DNA of 64,000 bases. Source: Raillietiella orientalis. Lineage: Eukaryota. Position numbers and translations under genes: made by a program. Positions 27,701 to 39,700 of this stretch are shown here, one piece after another. The stretch spans positions 248,001 through 312,000 of the forward strand of contig JAYWIR010000017.1 in assembly GCA_036172245.1 (NCBI GenBank). The letters run 5' to 3'. Position 1 is the stretch's first letter; every line of letters begins with the position of its first letter. Below the pieces are notes generated by a model, which was not told the DNA's origin, ran no database searches, and saw only the letters and a program-made list of their open reading frames with translations.

Positions 27701-30700
27701 AACGGAATGAATGAATACTATTTCATTCACGAAAATCCAATAACCGGGCGCTAAGCGGATGCCTACACCGTGATGTTTCAAAAAGGCACACATAGGCATT
27801 TGTGATTGTGATTTTTCAAAATATGCTCTGATTGAATTTACGTGAAAATTGCCATAAAGGTGGATGCCCTTTTACTAGGCAGAAAGATTGGCAACCTTCG
27901 TTCCCTATGGAAATTTTAATGTTTCTTGAGAGTAGCTTCGGTATTTTTCTTCTTCCCCCCCCCCCCCCCCTTTACCTGACCACCGACCTATGCCACAGTT
28001 GCATTTTTCAAACACTATGCATCATGCTTTGATTTGAAATTGTACCTTTAGTTTTTTTGACCTGACGCTATCGTTTAGACGACTGTCCTGGCCGATTGTA
28101 TGTGAAGGCACACACTTGGTGTAATAATCTTTTTCGACAGTGGTATCGAAAATTGGCCTCGGGCTGCTTTTTTTCAGATCAGTAGCTTCGGAGATCGGCT
28201 TCGTTGCTGTTGTCTGCTGCCCAGTAGTAAACGTCGTCGTCTTTTTGATCATTTTCGTGGTGAGAAACCGAGTTCCCTCTTGCACTTTTTCATGTTTACT
28301 GTGGATCATGCTCTTCTGCATTTCCGATAAAAAGTGTCTATGAGTGGTTTCCTTCTGCATCCCCAAACTTCCACCGTTCTGGTCATTCTCATCGTTTTTT
28401 GTTTGCAAAAACAATCGCTCCCCTTTGACGAATTTATACATTCTCGCAACACAACTTCACTGCAGTAAGGCTGCATACAGACTGGAGTCTAATGGTTTGC
28501 CGTGGAACTGGTCAGATATAGCCGAAGGCGTTCTGACCGCCCACCATAAAAAACTGACGCATCACTTCTTCTCCGATGATGATGAAAAAAAAAAAAAAAA
28601 ATCAAAAGCCACATCGGCTAATCAAATTTGTTATTACACGAAAATCTATCCGTAAACGAATGACTTTCCGAATTCGATTTATTAAAGTGTGGACGCCGCT
28701 TATTTTTCTTTCTCTCCTTTTTTTTTCCTGCAATTTTTCGTGTTTTCGAACTCTTTAAAGATGGGATAATGATGCGTTTTATTTGGACTCTTGTTGAGCA
28801 GAAACACTTTCCGTGCAAAATACTTGCTAATTAAGTTCGTAAAAACTGGTTCTTACGTGAAGGATACAACCCTCGGGTATTCGGTGCAAACGAAGAAGCA
28901 TCCACCATCGCAATGTGTGAAATAAGTGAAGAACCGAAAAGCATAAGATAAAGGAATAAAGTGAACCTGCCAGCCTGCAAGTACTCGACGCAAGGATCAA
29001 ACGGAAATATTATATATGTCACACTAAAGGTAAACATGGGTTTTGAAGGAGACAAACAAACACGATGACACGAATGTTCGATGCCGAGGACCAAAAGGCA
29101 ACGACAGGTTTCCTACACCCATACGAGTCTGAATCGCGGCTCTCATTCGTTCCATTTGAACCATCATCATCGTCATCATCATCATCATCATCATGAAAAT
29201 AACAGGAATGAATGCTTCTACCTGAAAATGCAAAATTATTGTCCATACAAGTCCAAGGGTGAGCTTTGGGTTACCATCCACGATGTCTTCCGCTCTGATG
29301 TTCACTAATTTAACCTGGACATAATAACAACAAACCTGTCAGAACATGGGATGCAATGGATTTCATTAGATACATGCATTTAATCTCAAAACCCAATAAA
29401 ATCACTGAGCCATGGCAGCAATACAAAACACAAAAGTGTTGATTAAGAAAAGAAAAAAAAAATCATCATGTACTAAATGTTGAACATATGGACAACAAAT
29501 CCGTACGCTCAGCTTTAGTACACAATCTCGAATTATTCCAATGAAGACACCTGTTGAATTTTTCATATGGTGGCTCAATGGACAGTTCCATCAATGGGAA
29601 AACGAGCAAAACAGAACACCTGCCCTGGTTCACTGCTAATTAATCACAAGCTCATAGCATACATTGAAGACACGAGGGTGTACAATGCAAAAACAATACT
29701 GATACCAATGTATGCACAAACGTGTGTGAGAACCCATGATGCACAAGAAACCAAATGGTTGCAATTACCTTCTTATGTCTCAGAAAATCGAGTACGATTT
29801 GCACATTATGAATCATATGGAATCGTAACTTTCCTCTTTCTCTCGGCTGAAACACAAAAGACAGTTTTACAGTTAACTCGTTCACCACAGTTTCCTCGAA
29901 TTTTTCTCGAGAAAATTTTTCCAGCAATGACAAAACACGAATTTCTGGAACAACCGACACCTTAATTACGATAAAGGGTTAAGATAAAGAAGAGTAGTAC
30001 CATCAAACCATGCAAAAAAAGACTGCTTACTCTTTCACACAGCATCCGATGAGGAAATTGCTTGGCAACGTACCTCATTAAGGAATTTCTCATTTAGAGT
30101 CTTTTTTATACGCAATACGTACAAAAGGGATCATGTGTGTATATATAATCTCGATCACAAACTTGCATATGAATGTGCACTTCTCTTTTTTTTTTTCTTT
30201 TCTTTTCTTTTTTTTTACTCTTGGTTCTTTCAGGGATTCAACGAAATGTTCCAAGTTCCCAAGAATTCATTAAATTGGATAAAATACGCGCCTTCCCTGT
30301 TTGTATTTCATCATCTACTTTAAGATCAGTTGAACTACATGGGAAGCCATTTTCAAATGATTCGTCCAAATCACGAAAACTTTACGAAATTGACCGCAAG
30401 ACCAAAATTCTACTATTTTGAGGGGAACGGACGGTCAAGACACGGAATTCTTACGGGATGTGCGATCAAGTGGGAGAATCAAACTTGTGGAAATGGCTCA
30501 AAAATTCACTCAATACGTGAGAACATGTAACAGATTTAAATATTCAACAAGGGTATCAAATAAATAGGAGGAATTTTAATTTTGGCTGCCCTGATTGAAA
30601 GTTTACGGTGCGGTTCGATTCCAGCACTCAACTGTGTGTAAATCCATAGGCTACTGTACACAGAAGTACACATGTGGCAACAAAGGTACAATAATCTTTT

Positions 30701-33700
30701 AATGACTTCCACATGCAGAAAAGAAATGAAACAACGGGTGCGCGCTAGAAAATATAAAAGGATGGCATCTGCGGTTTCGTGTAAGATAATTCAATGTTTT
30801 AAGCAACCGTTTGAAAGAACATTGGCATAATATATTTTTGCAAACAGATTTCAGAGTGCTGCAGGCAATGAATGCATTAAATGTGCAACTCTGGGAGAGG
30901 AGAAAAATGTGTTCTTCCGAAGATTCTGTGACCTTTAGATTTCAGTTTGATCCTCCCTTTCAAAATACTGAGTAGGAAGCAAAGTGGGAGCTATTGCACA
31001 TAGTTTATACGTTGGGAAATACGACTGGAAAGAAAGAAAGAAAGAAAAAAAAAAGTCCGCCCTCCATGTGCTGCTTTGCCACCAACGCATACTCCATATT
31101 TGGTATGGTCATCGAATGATAGGAAATGCTTCAGCCGGTTTTTCAACCAACGAGCTGCAATCTGCTGGACAGAGGGCTCCCTGTGTTTCTGGAGAGGATG
31201 TCTTTTTTGTGGGGCACATGCAAATGTTACAGAAAATTCCATCCGTATCTATTCACAATTCGCAGAAACGCATCGCAAATTCCGGTACACAATTACCATT
31301 ACGTGTGATGATTTTTTTTTTTTTTTTTCCGTTCAGCTTAAATGCAAATATGCTGTTTCTCTAATTTTAACACTTGACGTCTCCGGGTCCCCGATGATAT
31401 TTAAAATAACAGCCTTTCGAAAATGTGTGCGAAATTCTTACACAAGCAGGTAATTGCTAGAATCGACTCAAAAAGAATGCAAACAGAAATACGACTTCAT
31501 CCCCAGATTTAAACATCAGAAGCGCACAACTGGAAGAATTCATCGAGAGCAATTTACATGGGATGGCAATGAATCGGGTCATCTGAGACGTTCAAGAGTT
31601 CTTTCGCTTCTCTCACATCAAAATGACAAAAAAATCAATGCAAGAACCGTACGAATCTGAAAGGGATAAACGGAACCGAGAACTGCAGCATCGGGTGGCG
31701 TGACGTCTTAATTACATTCATAAAGTTCAATAAGGATGTTTACGAGGGGATCCCGCTGTTTCGAAACGGAATTCCGACCAATCGAGCACAGGATGATGCA
31801 GAAAGGCTATGCAGGGGAACCGGCATTTCTGAGCCTGCTGGCGATGAGCACAGTCATTTTGAGTTTGCCCAATTTGTCAACCGCACGGGCGAGGTGGGCA
31901 CGCGGCGACTTCGCCGTGGAATCGAAACGGAACCTGGCAACCCTTCCTTGGCGAAAGGGTGACACACACACGCAGTCACTTGCATTTTGAATTTTCCTCG
32001 CTCCCTTCAATAAAAAAGAGGGACATAACTCACCAACTGAACACCAGCCAGAGCTTCAAGCAAAGAAATCAGATTGTGTCCATCTTTGAGATCCTCGAAA
32101 AGATCGACGATATGTTTTCTAACCTAAATGAAAACACAGGCAATTGTTAAATAGTCAAAAACGTGTTCAGGATTTAAATGCTGCATCCATCAAAACGATT
32201 CCAACGTCACATGCGGAATGCAATTTTTAAGCAAAGAGCATACAGGAAAAACGAACGCATGCAAAGGGGGGGAGGGGGGAACAAAAGGTTTTCGTATGCA
32301 ACTGCAAGGCAGAAATGGCTCCCATCATCCGAATTAAGAATTATTCCTATTCGGGAGGGGGTTAAGCAAAAAAATACAGATGACGATGATTTTGTTTATT
32401 CAGTGACGAGCACACTCTGCTGCACTTCGTAGATCCCAGAAGTTCGAGCCCGAGTGTCATTCCGATTATGAGCTGCTTAAGGGTAGTGGGGTGCCTCTTC
32501 GTTCGAGTTGACTACCATTGGAGGTAACTTCCTCGGGTCTAGCTGTGTACACACAAGTGAGCTGCACTGCCCAACACCCAGGTGTGTTCCCGTGTAACGG
32601 CAGCCATCGAAAATGAACGATATGTTTTAGAGACAGCTCACCCACGCCCTTTCGAGTTCAGAGGCTTCAATGCTTCCGAATACGAAATATTTAGGCAAAT
32701 GAAGCTACAGCAGAATGTTATGCTCGTGATAGATCGAATGAAATCGGAAATGGGAATGCAGCAAAATCGAAAATTCTTCGGCAGTGTTCCTCAGTTGTTC
32801 TCCAGAATCCCAACTCGCCTGGGAGTGCTTTGAGGTACATCTCGAAGCATCTGAATCATGAAGAGGTGTGGATAAAGACGCAGCACGAGCACACCTCATT
32901 AGCTACTTGTGCTTTTAATAGTTCACTTTTTAATTTCTCTGAAGCTATTTCGGTCTCTGTTTGATCAATAATCTGTCCCGTTTGGGGAGGGGGGAGGGGA
33001 AGCAGCGGGGCGGATTTTTCTTTCAGTCATCTTTTTGCGATGAAACCGGTTGACTTTAATGAGTTAATTGCAGATCTTATTTACCCATGTTAAGAATAAG
33101 CATGAATGATCTCGGAGAGCTTTAAATAAAATCAATAACAAACTGCGAAAAAAAAATTTTTTTAAAAAAAGAAAAAGAGAAAAAGAAGCGGAAGTCATGA
33201 GACAAAGGAACCCCATATACCTGAAATCAAAATTGCCCAATTAAAACCCAAGACCTAAACAAGCACGTCTTGCGAAGGATGCGTAAAAAGCATCCCCACA
33301 TAGAGTTCCTGCAGTTTGGATTTGCTAGGCTTTCGTGTTCTCTCAAATCGCCACGAATTCGATTTTCGTTGATTTCGTGGGAGACTTTTCCCGAGAAAGA
33401 AAAGCTTTCTAGAATTTTCCAAGGATCTACCAACACAACCGCACACTGAGAAAGCAAGGAACCAGAAATGAGACATCTGGCTTTCCGATCCTCTGGCGGA
33501 AAACGCAAAACGTGCGATGCAGCTTCGGCCTCCTTTTAATCCTGAACAGAATTCACAAATGCATGATGCATTCCACACTTTCACACGAAATCTTGAAGGC
33601 AAGCAATAAAATTTTAAGAACAATTCAAGCCTTCGATGAAAGCACGCATGTGCTTTCCTTCTTTTCTCTCCCCCCCCCCCCCCGGCTGACCATCTGACAA

Positions 33701-36687
33701 TCTATTAATGAAAAGACTGAGTTTCTAAAGTTCCAAGCAAAGAGAATATCAGAGAGAGAGTTTATAAATGCAGTACGGAAGAAAGGAATCCACTGTATCG
33801 CTCTCAGCTCGTTACTGATTCTAATGACTTGGCATGTTTGAACAGGTCCACAAAATGGCCAGGTGCTGTATCAAAGATGGTCGAAAAAAATGCTAAAATC
33901 TGAATTCGCGATGAACTTGCCTTTCCTATATAGAAGTGAGTGTACACTGTTGCTTTAGATGATTTTTGAATCTCTTTTTTGTTTGTATTTTCTAAAGGGA
34001 AACCAAGAGCTAAGTAGAAAATTATGAAGAAACAGAAAATCACGATTCGGAAAACACTACTGTTTTGATTTTTATTATGCAACACCACACGGTTCACGAA
34101 CGTGGCATATGGGATACCAATCTTCCGGACACTGTCCAATCCTTGGAGTTTTCCTCGAATTAGGGGAATGCACGGGTAAGTTCCCATGAAGGATTTTTTT
34201 TTTTTTTTTTTTCAATTTCTGGATTCATCTCCTAATGATTGCAGCATCAGTTAGCAAAGTTTCATGCTAGCAACTTCTTCACAGTAGTCACCGCAGAAGG
34301 ATTACACCGGGATGATTCCAGTGGCATTCTTCCTCGTACCACTTTCATGTTCTCGTACTCAGAAACTGAAACTTGTTTTCCTTTTCAAAAATCCCGCATC
34401 GAGAGAAAATGTCATCTGGCAGTTCATATCCCGTTGAATTGCTTGATCGTTCGTGATTTCTTCTGCGGGTACCAAGGAAACCGTGCAAAAACGAAAAATG
34501 TCCTCAGGTCCCAAGAAAAACGTGAAACTCGATGCAAGCTGAGAAATTCAGAGTTTCCAGGAATTAGGAGGATGACTCCATTCCTGGAATTTCACATTAG
34601 AAACGACGCGACTGTTTTCGGATGTCTTCAATTCAACTGCATTTTTTGTATGGTTCCATGTCGAACAACATTTGAAGATGCAAGAATTCTTTGAATGTAC
34701 ACAAAAAAAAAAAAAAAATGAATTCTACACACCTTGGAAAATCGGAAACACGAAAATTTCGGCCAAAAAAAAAAAAAACCTTCGAAGCCGTTTCAAGGAG
34801 GGTGCATTTTCATCTTTCAACGCCATGGATTTGGTTTGAAACTCATCCACTATCTGTTTGTAGAGCCATCTTAAATGCCGTGATGAGCTTTTGTGACTAA
34901 GAACTCATCACTGGACTAACGACGAATTGACTGTTACCTTCATGAAATTAAACGAAAATTCAATGCTGATATACTATGGCATAAGCCCAACCTCTGGTTT
35001 TCGGTCATTCAAGTGTAGAAGCGTCTACCTTGATTATGAATGAACTCACTGGTTCCTCGGATTCCCTGTGGAACTCGTGTCGACACATTCTGATTATCAT
35101 TATTTTTTCTTATTAAGATACAAACAAACCCATGCAGACGCCTGCATTAATCGCAGCAGACTGTATCCCGTGATCTTCGTTGTATCTTTGCAAAGGACCA
35201 ATTGGATTTTTCTTGTGTGTGCGTGTGTGTGTGCAATGGTATTATGTCTGCATTAATTAGAATTTCTAAGAATCCCACCATCCTCTAGTCGGATACGAGG
35301 AGCACGCTCCGGGAAAAAAAAAATATCATCATAACAATTATCATATCACAAGATATGATACATGCAGGATTTCTTTTTGTGTCGTCTCTCTCTCCATTAC
35401 TCTTTGAAATGCAATTCTTTCATCTACGCAGGCAGCTTTTGAACGCGCTTGCTGGTGTGATTCACCGATTTCAAAACCGACTGCTTTCATCCGTTTCCAT
35501 CTCGACTCCTGAAGTACCCGGCAAAAAAAAAAAAAAAAACTTTCTTCGTACATTTTCACACCTTCCAAAGTTGTGCTTCCACATGCCCTACCCACGAATA
35601 GGAATAATCGCAGCTTATGGACCTTTTTCAGCCAAATCTCTCTAAAAACGCTCAGTCAGGGAACTCGTGCTTTCCTTCGTTTCTTTTCTTTTCTTTTTGA
35701 AAAAGTGACGTCACTTTCCTGCAACTGTCAGTGGGATACGAGTCGTCGCATCACCTTCATGTATACGCTCCAAAAGCTTTTACATCTGCCTCGCCTAATT
35801 TCCGAATTAGAGGCTGCCGATATTAGACAACAAAAGCACCTGGAGGAAATCTAATTGCCAAATCCAAGATTTCGTAACTGCTTGACTATTATGATTATCC
35901 CTGCACTTGCACTTGCAGTATTTGCAGTCTCTATTGCGGGAAACATGCAAAACCGAGAAGCTCGGAGGAGATCTTATTGATAAAACAAATGCTCTGCTTA
36001 ATGCCTTGAAGATGCTCTCAGCAGGGCATGAAATGAAAGTGATGCAATTTGAAATAATTCGAAACCTTAATATGAGGGAAACTGCAGAGAGCCAATCTTC
36101 AGATCATGACAGCAACACACTCACACAAGTGACCGTATCTTCTTATAAGGTCATTTATAAGATTACGTGGATCGAGGAAAACATTTTTCCACTGCTACAT
36201 TTCAAGTTCCTTGAGCAATCAAGGAAATTTCTAACAACAACACGACATGTGGAATCATATTCAGAATATACAACTTCACTTAGGAACGAACCCATCAAAA
36301 TAATTTTCCAGGGAAAATAAATCGATTCTGAAATCAACAACTCTGCAAACATTGTACATCATATTGTATAGCGTTAAAATTGCCAAAACCGAATGTATTA
36401 CACGGAGATTTTTTCTTTTCAGAAAATGCAAGCATTATGCATAAGGAACGCAGGGGAAAAAATTGCTGACGCTTCACTGAACAAAATTACAAGCATTAAG
36501 ATAACAAATGTTTTAAATAAGCAAGCAATTATCAATCAATGCGAAAGGCAAATTGACAAACCATCACAATACAGTTGAACTTATGACTTACTTGAAATGT
36601 ACAAAACGTGTCCGCAGGACAAATATGCAAAAAAGTGAAACTCTGCAAACAAATATGCAAAATATCAACAAATACTTGGATTCTAAG

Positions 36688-36720
<33 letters not shown>

Positions 36721-39700
36721 TAGCAAAAAGATTTACTTCTAGCGATGTAGATAAATTTGCGGAAAACTATGCAAATATCAAACGTCTAACATACCTGGGC
36801 AGAATATCCCCAATGCTATAAAAAAAAAAAAAAAAGACAAATCATCCAAACAATACGAATTAAAAATCGTTTTACTGATCCAAACCTTCATTAACAAGAT
36901 TTACCGCTCTGACAAATTTACCGAATTCCAAGCGCAATACACATAATCAGTATACACATTAGTACATAAAACTAAATCTATAGCGACAGCAAAAAAGGAA
37001 ACATCATCCTTGAAAAATGATTAACGCCTTCAAAGGTGAAACCTACAGAAATTCTCTCTTTGCGGGACAAAACGTGAATGATGACTGAAATAGAAAAATG
37101 TCAAAGTGCACAGCAGGACAAAATAAAAACATGTACCGTCCCGTTTTGGAAAATGCACGGCGTTCCAAAAACAGCGAATAAGAGCGATTCAAAAAAAGGA
37201 GAAAGAAATCGAAAAATGACAGCTTTCCTGATGAGTACTGAATACCATGCAATATACGCTGCGACCTCCAAGACAAAGGGATACAGAAACATGCAATCTA
37301 CACTTCATCTTCGTAATATTACGCAGACGAAACCACAGGAAAATATAATCTTCAAAACTGGGAACTAAGAAATTCACTGTTAGGATCAGGTAAAGAAGGG
37401 TGTCTGCTGAGCAGCTACAGTAAATGGCAGAAGATCCCATTACTTCTATTATGGAATGGCTCTTCGGTTCTCTCCGGCAAGCTCGTCGAACAACTGACAG
37501 CAACTATATGTGCTTTACTGAGCGTGAAAATCAAAGCCCACGATGAGTAAGGACACGGCATTCTACGCAGGAACACTGGGAAGAGCGAAAACCCAGCAAA
37601 ACTGTGTCCAAAAAAACTTGGAAGATGGAAGTGGGGGGCCCTGACGACGCTGCCACCAGATGCAGCTGAAAATAATGGAAGACGTCTCCTCTGCTGAAGA
37701 ACGGCTTCCCGTTCCGCATGTGACAACGAGCCGAGCCGATCTTGACTGGCCACAACACGGGGTCCTTGCAAATAGCAGCGACGGTGATCTCTTAAAACGT
37801 TGGAAGAACTCCACCCGTGCAGCGCATGGTCACCTCCTCTCACCCAAGTCGCAGTTCTGACGTTCTACTTCCATAACCTACTGAGACCATCTAAGGAGCA
37901 CGACGCTGCGCATACCTTACAAACCAGAATCCCTGCGATTTAAAGAACGCAGATGCACAAAGCTGGATGTGCAGGGATTCTGCTTCTTCGGTGACGGTGA
38001 CACGGAAGCAACAAGACAAATATAGAAAAGGTGCAAAAACAAAAGAAGAAAAGTGCAAGCACTTTTCTTCTTTTGTTTTTTTTTTTTGTGCACGATCGAA
38101 AGAAGACTCAATTAGCTTGTGAGTGTGTATTTCGAGCAACGAATAGATTAAACTGCTAAAAAAATGACTTCGTGAATTACTGTTCACTTTCAACCTCGGG
38201 GATTCGGAACAATTTTCGCTTTCAAACGAAAAAAAATTCTAAAGGGTACACACAGACTTGCATTCGCATGTTTAAAGAACTCCATAGGCGGCAGGAAAAT
38301 CCTGAATGGCACAATAACTAGGAAACACCGTGCCACTGTTGCACAACACTAATTAGAATTAGAATCATCAATTAGAATTTTTTTCATTCAGAGATCCAAT
38401 GATAAACCAACGAAGCGATCAACAGCCTCTTCTCAAACTTTCAAACGATGGACACCATTGAGAAACAACCAGGTTTAGCGTCAGAAATTGACCTGGTAGA
38501 AACTCACATGAGATATCTGCCTGAAATCTGGAAAAAACTGCAACCAGGGAGGTTCAAATAAAGAAAATGTAAACCTCGGTATAAAAAAAAAAAAAAAAAA
38601 GGCGCTTCCATTTGTCACCAATGCCGCTTTGAAAACTGAAAAAGTCGCAGTATTCTGTGAAAGAATGCATCTGTTGTAAACAGTAAAGCGGGGAAGAAAA
38701 AAAGGCACATTTTTGTGCTACACCGAACTCAGATGCTGAACAAAAGAACGAAAAAGGCATATTTCTTATCCCGTGGAATAATTCGCCACACCGGCGATTG
38801 CTGAATTTCCAAAAAAGCACAAAGGCTGCCCTTATGTAAAACGGTCAACTGAAAAAAACACTGGACAGATACACCCACGCATTGGTCAATTAATGATGGG
38901 GTTAGAAAAGGTCGTAAAGTGACCGCAGATCATAAACAACTTTGCTAATCAGTTAAGCTTTTACTCCGTTTCCACGAAAATAGAATATCCTCGCTAAAAA
39001 TTCCATTACAAGCCAAGGAGTCTTATTCAACTAAAGTCAGCTTTGTGGAGTGGATGTGTACAGAGAGAACGTGGCATAAAGCACACGTACGAACTTCTCG
39101 ACTAGTCTGCAAATCATGAAAACAAAAACACGAAAAAAAAACTTCAAAAGCAATAAAAAATTACACATAAAGTGTAACCAGTTCCTCAGCATCAGTTAAA
39201 GAAAGCACTGATTTAATCTTGCGGGAAAGAAGCGGAAGCGATCCACAATACGGGTGGATACTAAGTAATACAAACATGATTAGAACCACTCGCATTCGGT
39301 GGCTCGAAATACGTGACGATACATCTGCATAACCGTCAACTACTACATACTTTGCACTAATTCCAGATTTGAGTGCAAACACTAATTGATAATGTGACTT
39401 TCAATTCATGCCTTCAGACTGACTGAATTTCACCATCGACAGCATCAAGGTCGATGAATACTTGACTTTGGCTTCCAAATGAAAAGCACTATCTGGTTCC
39501 GAAAATCACACTAAATAAATCATTAAAGCTTATGAAACGGTACTCTGTTCAAAGTGGCCGAATCTAAGGTGAAGTCTGCTTCACCAGGTGACAAGGTTTC
39601 CTGGCATTCGAGGTCACCATGACGGTCACTCCACCTTCCTCCTTCGCTGCACAACTTTCGACTTGAAAAAAAGTTTTGAGTCGACCAGAAGAGTCCTTGT

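Noticed and set aside
29019..29308. Poly-Met, poly-Asp and poly-His ORFs
   Set aside because: Translations of an intronic (CAT)n microsatellite.
30580..30630. GGTTCGATTCC B-box suggesting a tRNA
   Set aside because: The T-stem pairs only with a bulge and there is no acceptor stem, D arm or anticodon arm.
32449..32540. Nested stems (CCCGAG/CTCGGG, GGTAGT/ACTACC) suggesting an ncRNA
   Set aside because: Only 6-bp stems, expected by chance; no family motif recognised.
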